NCBI GenBank assembly: GCA_964361795.1
Contig: CAYIBZ010000001.1
Span: 27,149-65,938, forward strand
DNA from: an uncultured Candidatus Saccharibacteria bacterium
GTDB lineage: Bacteria > Patescibacteriota > Minisyncoccia > UBA6257 > WO2-44-18
Reading direction: 5' to 3'
Length of the DNA stretch: 38,790 nucleotides
The position numbers and the translations under genes are program-made. Below are positions 16,576 through 24,901 of this stretch, in pieces (the stretch's first letter is position 1; every line of letters starts with the position of its first letter). The notes under the pieces are model-generated. The model saw only the letters and a list, made by a program, of their open reading frames with translations. It had not been told where the DNA came from and made no database searches.

Positions 16576-17988
16576 ATGAGAACTTTAGTCGGCGAAATAA
16601 TAAATAAAACTGGCCAGGAAGTTGAGCTTATGGGCTGGGTGGCTGTAAGACGCGACCACGGCAAGATTATTTTCATTGATTTGCGGGATCGGAGCGGTAT
16701 TGCTCAAGTGGTTTTTGCCGGGAAGATGCAAAAGGAGGCGGACAAACTTCGGCCGGAGTGGGTGGTCAAAATTACCGGAAAAGTGGCGAAACGGCCGGCT
16801 AATTTGGTGAATCCAAATTTACCAACCGGGGAGTATGAAGTGCAAGCGGAAACATTAGAATCCTTAACCGAAGCGCAAACGCCGCCCATTGCTGTTGATA
16901 CTGACGGCCTAGAAATTGGCGAGGAAAACCGGATGAAATACCGATACTTGGATTTGCGTCGGCCGAGAATGCAAAGAAATTTACGAATGCGCAGTAAAAC
17001 TTTGCGATTTATCAATAATCATTTCAAAGACCACGATTTTGTGGAAGTAGAAACGCCTATTTTAGGAAAATCCACGCCGGAGGGGGCGAGAGATTACTTA
17101 GTGCCGTCGCGGTTGTATCCGGGGAAGTTTTACGCCCTTCCGCAGGCGCCCCAACAATATAAGCAACTTTTGATGGTAGCGGGGCTAGAAAGATATTTCC
17201 AGGTAGCGCGCTGTTTCCGCGATGAAGATACTCGAGGCGACCGCCAGCCGGAATTTACTCAAATTGACTTAGAGATGAGTTTTGTAAAACGCGACGATGT
17301 TTTGGAATTTATTGAAGGCGCGATGGTTAAGCTAGTTAAAGAAGTCTGGCCGGAAAAACACATTACCAAAGTCCCGTTTCCAAGAATTAGCTATAAAGAA
17401 GCAATGGAGAAATATAAGAGCGATAAGCCGGATCTACGAAAAGACAAGAACGATTTGAATGAACTTGCTTTTACTTGGATAACCGACTTTCCATTTTATG
17501 AATACGATGAAAAAAATAAGTGCTGGGATTTCGGGCATAATCCTTTTAGTATGCCGCAGGGGCAGCATCTCTGGGAATTTACAGAGAAAGACTATAAACA
17601 GGGCCTCACAGATCCAAAGGATAAGCGAAGTAAAGTATTATCAGAGCAATACGATCTGGCTTTAAATGGTTATGAAATTGCCGGTGGAAGTATCCGTAAT
17701 CACATCGGTACATTGCTTCAAAAAGCATTTCTTATACTTGGTCGCGATGAGGAAGAATTTAGAGAAAAATTTGGCCATATGAAAGAGGCTTTTGGTTATG
17801 GAGTACCTCCACATGGCGGAGCGGCTGTCGGTTTTGACCGCCTGATGATGATACTTTTGAACGAACCGAATATCCGCGAAACAATCGCATTTGTAAAAAC
17901 CGGCGACGGGCGAGATTTGATGAGCAACGCGCCTTCAGAAGTTGACGAAAAGCAGTTAAAAGAGCTTCACATAAAAACAACCAAATGA
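16576..17988 (+). CDS. aspS: Aspartyl-tRNA synthetase, bacterial type but lacking the GAD insertion domain
   Basis: N-terminal OB (GWVAVRRDHGKIIFIDLRD), motif 2 FRDEDTRGDRQPEFTQID, SDKPDLR, motif 3 GGAAVGFDRLMMIL. 470 aa; SDKPDLR is followed after about 12 aa by WITDFPF. Confidence 0.9.
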   Translation: MRTLVGEIINKTGQEVELMGWVAVRRDHGKIIFIDLRDRSGIAQVVFAGKMQKEADKLRPEWVVKITGKVAKRPANLVNPNLPTGEYEVQAETLESLTEAQTPPIAVDTDGLEIGEENRMKYRYLDLRRPRMQRNLRMRSKTLRFINNHFKDHDFVEVETPILGKSTPEGARDYLVPSRLYPGKFYALPQAPQQYKQLLMVAGLERYFQVARCFRDEDTRGDRQPEFTQIDLEMSFVKRDDVLEFIEGAMVKLVKEVWPEKHITKVPFPRISYKEAMEKYKSDKPDLRKDKNDLNELAFTWITDFPFYEYDEKNKCWDFGHNPFSMPQGQHLWEFTEKDYKQGLTDPKDKRSKVLSEQYDLALNGYEIAGGSIRNHIGTLLQKAFLILGRDEEEFREKFGHMKEAFGYGVPPHGGAAVGFDRLMMILLNEPNIRETIAFVKTGDGRDLMSNAPSEVDEKQLKELHIKTTK

Positions 17989-18572
17989 AATTAAAGGAGG
18001 AACAAACATTAGTTCTAGTAAAGCCAGACGGTGTAAAAAGGGGGCTGATTGGTGAAATCATTCGCCGGATTGAACAGCGCGGGCTCAAAATTATCGCGCT
18101 GAAGATGTTTCAAGCGACAAAGGAGGATTTAACCAAGCATTATTCCGATTCGGAAGCCAATTTGAAAGCGATGGGTGATAAAACATTAGCGACTTACCAG
18201 AAGTATCAAATGGATGCCAAGAAAGAGATTGGCACTGACGATCCGGTGAAGATTGGTAAGATGGTGCACGGCTGGATTACCGATTTTATGACCTCCGGGC
18301 CGATCGTAAAAATAATCGTACAGGGTTTGCATGCGGTAGAAATGGTTCGGAAACTTGTTGGCAACACAATGCCATCGCAAGCGGAGATGGGCACTGTGCG
18401 CGGCGATTATTCCGTAGATTCAGCAGTGCTTGCCAATGCCCAAAAACGGGGGATTCGCAATCTAATTCATGCCTCCGGCAACCTCGCCGAAGCGGAAGCG
18501 GAAATAAAACTTTGGTTCAAGCCCGATGAGATTCATGAGTATAAGAGGGCGGAAGAAGATATTATGTTTTGA
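17985..18572 (+). CDS. ndk: Nucleoside diphosphate kinase (long form with internal insertions)
   Basis: TLVLVKPDGVKRGLIGEIIRRIEQRGLKI, MTSGPIV, GTVRGDY, NLIHASG (catalytic His). ATGA overlap with aspS. Confidence 0.85.
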   Translation: MKLKEEQTLVLVKPDGVKRGLIGEIIRRIEQRGLKIIALKMFQATKEDLTKHYSDSEANLKAMGDKTLATYQKYQMDAKKEIGTDDPVKIGKMVHGWITDFMTSGPIVKIIVQGLHAVEMVRKLVGNTMPSQAEMGTVRGDYSVDSAVLANAQKRGIRNLIHASGNLAEAEAEIKLWFKPDEIHEYKRAEEDIMF

Positions 18573-18635
18573 GAGTTTTCTCAAAATTTTCCAGCCCAGT
18601 ATTGCGGGGCGTCGAAAATTTTGTTAGAAAACCTC

Positions 18636-18791
18636 AACCCAGCACTAATTTTGCCGCAGTATTACCTGCGATGCGCGCGGGCCAAATAGGCCCCATCCCG
18701 TTGTTGGCGAAGCGCGTCGCCGTTTTTATTTTTGATAGGTGTGGCACGAAAAAGACCTTGTATTGAAATGGCAAAATTTAGTGCTGGGGTT
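18636..18791. repeat. Imperfect 20/22-nt inverted repeats bracketing a 114-nt GC-rich core
   Basis: AACCCAGCACTAATTTTGCC at 18636-18655 versus the reverse complement of GGCAAAATTTAGTGCTGGGGTT at 18770-18791 (two 1-nt indels). Confidence 0.75.
18706..18733 (+). terminator. Intrinsic terminator-like hairpin
   Basis: GGCGA-AGCGCG-TCGCC followed by GTTTTTATTTTT. Confidence 0.55.
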
Positions 18792-18839
18792 AACTCTTTC
18801 ATGGATGTTTTGACTCGTCAAACACTATACGAGTGGCGT

Positions 18840-18857
18840 ACTATGACATGTCATAGT
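18840..18857. repeat. 18-nt perfect palindrome
   Basis: ACTATGACA|TGTCATAGT. Confidence 0.9.
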
Positions 18858-19000
18858 GGACACTACCATGCATAATAGTGTTAGGGTTTGCGCCTTTTCG
18901 AAAATTTGTTACAATCCGAGCATAACTTCGATAGGTCAGAGAAAAGAGATACCAAAGAAACTCTCTGGTTTTGACAAATTGGCATAGTATGGTATGTTAT

Positions 19001-19040
19001 AAAAAAACCCGCCCTCATTACTGGGCGGTTTTGTTTTTTT
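19001..19040. terminator. Bidirectional intrinsic terminator
   Basis: A7 run, CCGCCC-8 nt-GGGCGG hairpin, then TTTTGTTTTTTT. It lies directly downstream of the minus-strand gene ending at 19040. Confidence 0.7.
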
Positions 19041-19534
19041 CACGAAATTCTTAACTTAGTGGAACGAAATGGCCGCAAGATTGAATTTACAATCTTAAGC
19101 GGTTCAATGAATAAGTCCTTGATAGAGGAACTACGGCTTGGCGCAAGACTCACGCGATAGCCGTAATTGCGCACCTTCCAAAGGAACCAAATGCGAGGCA
19201 GGTGGTACCAGCTGGAAATGGCCGTAATGCCCGCTATCCTTTCATCATCTTCTTTATTGAGGATGATATAACAAGCATCAGTTTCTCCAGCGGTGTTATA
19301 ACCCCAGCACCTTACCCAAAGATGCTTTACTGGTACGCCATTTTTCAAAAAATAGGCGGCCATTTTTTTGGCCATGGAGACGCCATTTTTCTCAACACCG
19401 GCAGTGACGCAGATTCGGTCGATTTTGCAGTGTTTGTATAGCTTCAGCGCTGTCGTGCAACGAGCTTTGGTTTGCGCGTTGATCTCGCCATCAGCCTGCT
19501 GGCCATGGCCATACACCAATCCTACTTGTAGCAT
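19040..19534 (-). CDS. DUF218/YdcF (SanA/ElyC-like) family protein
   Basis: Pattern GHG...R...A..LY......I.V.AG, SMAKKMAAYFLKNGVP, YNTAGET resembles the DUF218 core (SEA..M..YL...GV, S.NT.EN). AAGGAAG SD-like sequence 8 nt before the ATG. Confidence 0.55.
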   Translation of the reverse strand: MLQVGLVYGHGQQADGEINAQTKARCTTALKLYKHCKIDRICVTAGVEKNGVSMAKKMAAYFLKNGVPVKHLWVRCWGYNTAGETDACYIILNKEDDERIAGITAISSWYHLPRIWFLWKVRNYGYRVSLAPSRSSSIKDLFIEPLKIVNSILRPFRSTKLRIS

Positions 19535-19563
19535 CCAGTCGCTTCCTTAAAAGTCCTTTTGTA

Positions 19564-19592
19564 ATTATACCAATTTTCGATATAATAGTCAA
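19564..19592 (-). promoter_or_regulatory. Consensus sigma70 promoter on the minus strand (TTGACT-17 nt-TATAAT)
   Basis: Reverse complement reads TTGACT (19592-19587), ATTATATCGAAAATTGG, TATAAT (19569-19564). It drives the DUF218 gene. Confidence 0.7.
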
Positions 19593-19599
19593 TAATAAC

Positions 19600-19635
19600 T
19601 ATCATTTACCTATTCGTACGAATAGGTAAATGATA
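19600..19635. repeat. 36-nt perfect palindrome centred on CGTACG
   Basis: TATCATTTACCTATTCGT|ACGAATAGGTAAATGATA; 8 nt upstream of the -35 box of the minus-strand promoter. Confidence 0.95.
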
Positions 19636-19654
19636 TCTGTAATTCTACTGCAAG

Positions 19655-19684
19655 AAATAAAAAGGGGCGCCTATTATAGCGCCC
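19655..19684 (-). terminator. Intrinsic terminator of the 181-aa gene
   Basis: Minus strand reads GGGCGC-TATAATAG-GCGCCC followed by CTTTTTATTTCTT. Confidence 0.75.
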
Positions 19685-19698
19685 ATGCGTCTTCTAAT

Positions 19699-20244
19699 CT
19701 AACACCCGCTATCCGGAACTTTGGTGCCTAGGCAAGCCGCCGCGTTATTCGGCAATGCCATTCTCTTTTCATTGGGCCTAATGCTTCGCGATTCCGCATA
19801 AACCCGATAAGCCAGTTCTGCCTTGTTCTTTCCGCGCCGTCTGCTTAAAGCAAGAATTTTTACAATGCCGTCCAAATTTATCGGATCCGGATATCCCTTG
19901 GCAATCAACAGCTCTCGAGATACGCCCAACACATCAACACTGCCAGTCGTAGGGTCAGATATGCGGAATACATAGGACGCAAAATCAATGAATTTTCTAA
20001 CCTTAACAATGTCCAGAGCCGCTAATTCGGCTTTGCCTATTGCTTGAAATAACTTGGACAACGTCTCTTCCGGATCGTGTCCGGCATCGTTGTACCGGAA
20101 ACCGCCGTCAGCTGTTGCGACAACAGCGTTAACCGCTAAAATCCGATCTCTAAGGAAAAGCCGTTCCGATCCGGCAAAATCGTTATACACCACCAGATCT
20201 CCGCTAGTCTGTAAATCCAAAAACGCGATTCGTCTGGTCTCCAT
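19699..20244 (-). CDS. Hypothetical protein (181 aa), no family recognised
   Basis: Long ORF in a locally GC-richer segment with its own terminator. The N-terminal IAFLDLQTSGD vaguely resembles a DEDD-exonuclease Exo I motif, but E is replaced by Q. Confidence 0.5.
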   Translation of the reverse strand: METRRIAFLDLQTSGDLVVYNDFAGSERLFLRDRILAVNAVVATADGGFRYNDAGHDPEETLSKLFQAIGKAELAALDIVKVRKFIDFASYVFRISDPTTGSVDVLGVSRELLIAKGYPDPINLDGIVKILALSRRRGKNKAELAYRVYAESRSIRPNEKRMALPNNAAACLGTKVPDSGC

Positions 20245-20290
20245 CTAAACCCCCAAAAGAACCAACCAAAACATTAACAAAATCAATGTT

Positions 20291-22627
20291 TTATGTCAAA
20301 TTAATGTCTTTTTTAGAAAGCGACCGGATTACTTTTTTAATCAAAACTTCCGTTGCCCCCTGATGGCTGCGTACCACCATCACAGAATTTCTGCCACGCC
20401 TTATGAGAGATTCCGCGATGCCGCCAAATCTAATTTCTTGCAAAAATTTCAAAACTGTCGCTCCTATCACAATTAAATCAATATTATTTTTTTCCGATTC
20501 CTCCAAAATACTATTAGCGACGGATTTTCCGGTTACAATTTTAATGTCCGCAAAATCCTTCTTTTTCAATCTTAATCCTTTTAAGATATTCGTCGGATCC
20601 AGTTTAAGATAAGAGGGAATCGTAGAATCAATCACGCTGAATAATTTCATGGTTGGCTTATAATAATCATTCAAACCGCTAACTACCTCTCCCATTAATT
20701 CCAAATAAGGGCTTTTAGCCGACGGATGAGCCGCTAACAGCACAGATTTAATTGGCCTTGGATTTTTTATTACTACAAGATCGCATTGAGATTCCCGCAA
20801 AATCCGATCAATTTTTGCGCTTAAAATCACCCCCTGTGTTTGGGGGTATCCTTCCCAATTAAGCAGTAACAAGTCGCAATCTTCTTGTTTAATAACATCT
20901 AAAATTACATCCACCACATCGCGGCCGATTAAAATCAAACTATGAAAATTAATGTCTTTTTTTTCCGGACCAGTCTTTACATTATACTCATTAACCCACT
21001 GCTGAAGGCTTTCAAATAATTTTTTCTCCCCATCTAACACTTTTGGATCAATCACTGATGGATGGAGCGCAAGAGCCGGAGGAATTTCGTGAATCCTGAC
21101 AATAATTAGTTCGCCGTTAAATTTACTGGCTAAAGTAAAAGCAATTTCGCTAAGATTTTTAATTTGTTCCCAGTTCAATTCCGGAGAGAGCGGCAGTAAA
21201 ATTCGCCTGCCGGTTTTGGGGCCAATGCGGGCGGCCTGCTCGTAAACAATGCCGGTTTCAAAACTTTCTCGGCTTTGAGTTTTCGCGTAAGCAAAATAAT
21301 TAACAAACCCAAGCAATACCCAAAATAATGATACTATCCAAGCGCTAAGGTTAACTTTTAACATCGTAATGGCAAGAAGGGCGTAGGCGCCAACCGCAAC
21401 CAAAGGGGTAATTGGAAATAAAGGGACTTTGTAAGCCCATTTAGTATCCGGCCATTTGTAGTGAATGTTTATTCCGGCAATATTAAGTTGAAGAAATAGT
21501 AAAATAAAAAGCAGACTGGCAAGAGCCGCGATATCAATAAGCGGAAGAAAAATAACCATCAAAGCGATTAAAATAGTAGAGGCAATAACCGCGAGGTGCG
21601 GAGAAAGATTTTTTAAGTGAATGTTGGCGAGCCGCGACCAAACGTTCCTATCTCTGGCAAGAGCGAAGGCCACACGACTGCAGGAATAAATAGTAGCGTT
21701 CAGCGCTCCAAGATTAGCAAGAAGGCCGCCAATCAGCATCAAAAATATTCCAAAAGGCATAAAACCAGCCGCGGCTTTGACTACCGCTCCTTCGCCCCAT
21801 TGGCCAAGAACTTGCCAAATCGGCCCGCCATCGCGAGTCGCTCCTATGATCACTAAAGAGACTAAAAGATACAAAGCGCTGACGATTCCCCAGGACCAAA
21901 AAAGTCCGTATTTGAGAGTTTTTTGAGGGTCTTTAGTTTCTTCTCCGGTTTGCACTTGAATCTCCGAACCCTCAAAAGCGATGTAAAACAGAGCCGCGGC
22001 GCCAAGGATGCCAAGAAATCCGTTTGGCAAAAGTGGAGTGTAATTCGCAAATGACTGCGCCGGTTCGCTGAAAATTTTAAAAAATCCAGAAAATATAAAA
22101 AGGGCTAGGATGCCGATTAGAACGCTATCAAAGATATTGCCAGTCAGCCGGCTGGATTTCGCTCCTTTCCAGTTTACGTATCCAAAAATAACTACGACAA
22201 TTGTCCCAAGGATTTTTTCTATTGATAACAAGTCTTCATTTAATCCAAGGCGCATTCCTAAAAATCTGGATGCCTCAAAAGCGTAATAGCCAAAACTTAA
22301 AGCATAGAGCCCGGCCGCGGCTCCGTGAGCAAACCAGGAAATCCACCCGGATAGGAATCCCTGAAAATCTCCAAGACCCTTGCGCACCCAAAGATAACCG
22401 CCGCCTGCTTCTGGAAATGTAGTACCGAGGGCGATGTACATTTGAAGGTTTAACAACGCTAAACCCGCCCCTAACAACATTGATAAAAAAAGTCCCGGGC
22501 CGGCTAAACCAGCCGCTGGGCCTAAAAGCGTAAAAATTCCGCCGCCCAAAAGGGCGCCAATGCCCAACAAAATAATAGACCCCAGGCCCAAAGTCCGGGC
22601 TAAGGCGATTTCACCGGTTTTTTCCAT
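20291..22627 (-). CDS. APC-family amino-acid/polyamine permease fused to tandem C-terminal universal stress protein (USP) domains
   Basis: Start at ATG 22627 (MEKTGEIALARTLGLGSIILLGIGALLGGGIF). About 12 TM helices, then two USP-like alpha/beta domains (RILLPL...DLLLLNW; VLLAAHPS...DLIVIGAT...VMVVR). Confidence 0.85.
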   Translation of the reverse strand: MEKTGEIALARTLGLGSIILLGIGALLGGGIFTLLGPAAGLAGPGLFLSMLLGAGLALLNLQMYIALGTTFPEAGGGYLWVRKGLGDFQGFLSGWISWFAHGAAAGLYALSFGYYAFEASRFLGMRLGLNEDLLSIEKILGTIVVVIFGYVNWKGAKSSRLTGNIFDSVLIGILALFIFSGFFKIFSEPAQSFANYTPLLPNGFLGILGAAALFYIAFEGSEIQVQTGEETKDPQKTLKYGLFWSWGIVSALYLLVSLVIIGATRDGGPIWQVLGQWGEGAVVKAAAGFMPFGIFLMLIGGLLANLGALNATIYSCSRVAFALARDRNVWSRLANIHLKNLSPHLAVIASTILIALMVIFLPLIDIAALASLLFILLFLQLNIAGINIHYKWPDTKWAYKVPLFPITPLVAVGAYALLAITMLKVNLSAWIVSLFWVLLGFVNYFAYAKTQSRESFETGIVYEQAARIGPKTGRRILLPLSPELNWEQIKNLSEIAFTLASKFNGELIIVRIHEIPPALALHPSVIDPKVLDGEKKLFESLQQWVNEYNVKTGPEKKDINFHSLILIGRDVVDVILDVIKQEDCDLLLLNWEGYPQTQGVILSAKIDRILRESQCDLVVIKNPRPIKSVLLAAHPSAKSPYLELMGEVVSGLNDYYKPTMKLFSVIDSTIPSYLKLDPTNILKGLRLKKKDFADIKIVTGKSVANSILEESEKNNIDLIVIGATVLKFLQEIRFGGIAESLIRRGRNSVMVVRSHQGATEVLIKKVIRSLSKKDINLT

Positions 22628-22774
22628 ACCCGGTGCCACAATAATTGCGTCGCCGTCCCTTGTGAAACTCACATACTTGTAGCATAAAATTTTAAAATTA
22701 TCATTATTGTGGCGCCGGGCATAAAAAAATACCTTTCTAGGTCTTATTGTATAGTATATACTACTTGGGTATTT

Positions 22775-24622
22775 ATGGAAAACATAAGAAATTTTTGCAT
22801 AATTGCCCACATTGACCATGGCAAGTCCACTTTAGCCGACCGGCTTTTGGAAATTACCGGCACTATAGAAAAACGGCTGATGAAGCCGCAATTTTTAGAC
22901 CAGCTGGAACTGGAAAGAGAGCGGGGGATAACTATTAAGATGGCGCCAGTCCGAATGGTCTACCGGCTTTTATCAACGAATAACGAATCAAACTCAAATA
23001 AACGAATTACGAATTTCGCTGATGAATACATTCTGAATCTGATTGACACTCCCGGCCATTCCGATTTCCGTTATGAAGTTTCCAGAGCGTTGGCCGCCGT
23101 AGAAGGAGCGGTTTTATTAGTTGATGCGACTCAAGGAATCCAAGCCCAAACTTTGGCTAACTTACAGTCTGCCCGCAAGGCGGGACTTAAAATTATTGGC
23201 GCGGTTAACAAAGTTGACGCTGCAACTTCAGACCAAGTCAAAGAAAACATAAAAAATCTTAGTCTGCTGCTGGAAATTCCAGAAAAGGAAATTTTGAAAG
23301 TTTCCGGCAAGACTGGCGCCGGAGTTCCGGAGCTTTTAGCGAAAATTATAGAACGAATACCGCCACCAAGTAACCAAGTAACTAATAAAGTAACCGGTCG
23401 GGCCCTAATTTTTGATTCTCTTTATGACGAACATAAGGGCATTATCGCGCACATAAGAGTTTTTGACGGAGAATTCCAACTCAACCAAGATATTTTTCTT
23501 TTGGCGACTAAAACCGCGGCAAAAGCGAAAGAAATTGGCTACTTCGTTCCCCAATTAAAGCCATCGGAAAAGATCGCAACTGGCGAAATAGGATACATCG
23601 CTACCGGAATTAAAAACCCAGATAAGCTCAAAATCGGGGATACTATAATTGGAAATTGGAAATTGGAAATTGGAAATTGCCAGCCTTTGGCTGGTTATGA
23701 GGAGCCGAAGCCGGTTGTTTTTGTATCATTCTATCCTGAAGAGACCGATCAATATGACGAATTGAAAATCGCGCTGGGAAAATTGCGTTTAACGGATTCG
23801 TCTCTCCGTTTTGAGGCAGATATGAACGAAGTATTAGGCAGAGGATTTAAAGGCGGATTTTTAGGCCGGCTTCATTTTGAAATTGCCGCCGAAAGATTAG
23901 CGCGCGAATTTAAGATTGAAACCGTCCACAGCTTTCCATCCGTCGCCTACAAAGTAAAAATCAAAAATGACTGGCGGCTTGTCACTAATCCAAAAGATTT
24001 TCCGGAGAATCCGGAGGAAGTGGAAGAACCAATCGCCAAAATAGAAATTCTTACGCCGACAGCTTATCTCGGCCTAATTTTGCAGTTAAAAGAATTTTTT
24101 CGATTTTCCGAAATTGAAACCCAAAACTTGGGAAATAATATCTTAATTTCCGCCAAACTTCCGCTCGCGGATTTAATCAGCGATTTAGACGACAAACTTA
24201 AATCTATCTCCTCCGGCTTTGCTTCCTTAAGCTATGAACTGATCGGCTACGAAAAAGCCAATGTGGCTAAATTAGAAATTTTGGTGGCGGGGCATCCTGT
24301 CCCCGGCTTAACTCGCATTGTCCCTAAAAATGATTTGGAAAGAGTAGGACGATCTACCGTGGAAAAACTCAAAGATTTATTGCCTAAACAGCAATTCTCT
24401 CAAGCGCTTCAAGCGGCTGTCGGCGGCAAAATTCTGGCTCGTGAAACGATTCCCGCCATGAAAAAACTTTTAGGAAATTTCGGAAAAACCGGCGGCGACC
24501 GAACCCGCAAAATGAAGCTTTGGAAAAAACAGCAAAGAGGCAAAGAAAAACTTAAGGAAATCGCGGAAAAGAGCGACATCAAAATTCCCGCCCACATCTT
24601 CAAAGAACTATTAAAAAAGTAA
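22775..24622 (+). CDS. lepA: Translation elongation factor 4 (LepA)
   Basis: IRNFCIIAHIDHGKSTLADRLL, DTPGH, NKVD, and a LepA C-terminal domain ending in a basic tail. ATG 22775 is preferred over the listed 22709. Confidence 0.95.
   Translation: MENIRNFCIIAHIDHGKSTLADRLLEITGTIEKRLMKPQFLDQLELERERGITIKMAPVRMVYRLLSTNNESNSNKRITNFADEYILNLIDTPGHSDFRYEVSRALAAVEGAVLLVDATQGIQAQTLANLQSARKAGLKIIGAVNKVDAATSDQVKENIKNLSLLLEIPEKEILKVSGKTGAGVPELLAKIIERIPPPSNQVTNKVTGRALIFDSLYDEHKGIIAHIRVFDGEFQLNQDIFLLATKTAAKAKEIGYFVPQLKPSEKIATGEIGYIATGIKNPDKLKIGDTIIGNWKLEIGNCQPLAGYEEPKPVVFVSFYPEETDQYDELKIALGKLRLTDSSLRFEADMNEVLGRGFKGGFLGRLHFEIAAERLAREFKIETVHSFPSVAYKVKIKNDWRLVTNPKDFPENPEEVEEPIAKIEILTPTAYLGLILQLKEFFRFSEIETQNLGNNILISAKLPLADLISDLDDKLKSISSGFASLSYELIGYEKANVAKLEILVAGHPVPGLTRIVPKNDLERVGRSTVEKLKDLLPKQQFSQALQAAVGGKILARETIPAMKKLLGNFGKTGGDRTRKMKLWKKQQRGKEKLKEIAEKSDIKIPAHIFKELLKK
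22976..23014 (+). repeat. ACGAAT hexamer cluster inside the lepA G domain
   Basis: ACGAATAACGAAT (22976-22988) and ACGAATTACGAAT (23002-23014). Together they encode the extra loop STNNESNSNKRITNF between G1 and DTPGH. Confidence 0.8.
23647..23679 (+). repeat. Perfect heptanucleotide tandem repeat (AATTGGA x4 + AATTG) inside lepA
   Basis: Four exact 7-nt units plus a partial one, translated IGNWKLEIGNC. Confidence 0.95.
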
Positions 24623-24643
24623 TGCTAAGGGTATAATCAAATC

Positions 24644-24901
24644 ATGCGGCTGATTCTCGGAGCGCTGGCAATCGTTTTTACAGTTTTTCTCGGATTCCAG
24701 CTTTATCGTTTATATAAAGAAAATCGGCTCGCGGGCCAGCAGGTGAAAAAATTGGACGCGGAAATTGAGGCTTTTAAAAAAGAAAATAACGGCCTGAAAG
24801 CCGATATAAGTTATTTTTCAGATTTGGAAAACTTAGCTAAAGAATTAAAATCAAAATTTGATTACAGAAGGCCCGGAGAAAAGTTAATCAAAATTCAATG
24901 A
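24644..24901 (+). CDS. FtsB/DivIC-like septum formation initiator
   Basis: 85 aa with an N-terminal TM followed by a coiled coil (QQVKKLDAEIEAFKKENNGLKADI). TATAAT at 24632-24637 sits 6 nt before the ATG. Confidence 0.5.
   Translation: MRLILGALAIVFTVFLGFQLYRLYKENRLAGQQVKKLDAEIEAFKKENNGLKADISYFSDLENLAKELKSKFDYRRPGEKLIKIQ

Noticed and set aside
18569-18766. 65-aa plus-strand ORF after ndk.
   Set aside because: It spans hairpins and a terminator, has a Pro/Arg/Ala-rich odd composition and no RBS. The region is better explained as structured non-coding DNA.
20245-20290. AT-rich hairpin AAAACATT-9 nt-AATGTTTT as a terminator of the permease gene.
   Set aside because: The stem is all A/T and no convincing T-run follows on the minus strand. 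It is too weak to annotate.
23647-23679. Possible CRISPR-like or other spaced repeat array.
   Set aside because: The units are 7 nt, contiguous and inside lepA, so it is a microsatellite and not a repeat-spacer array. No CRISPR array or cas gene is visible anywhere in the window.
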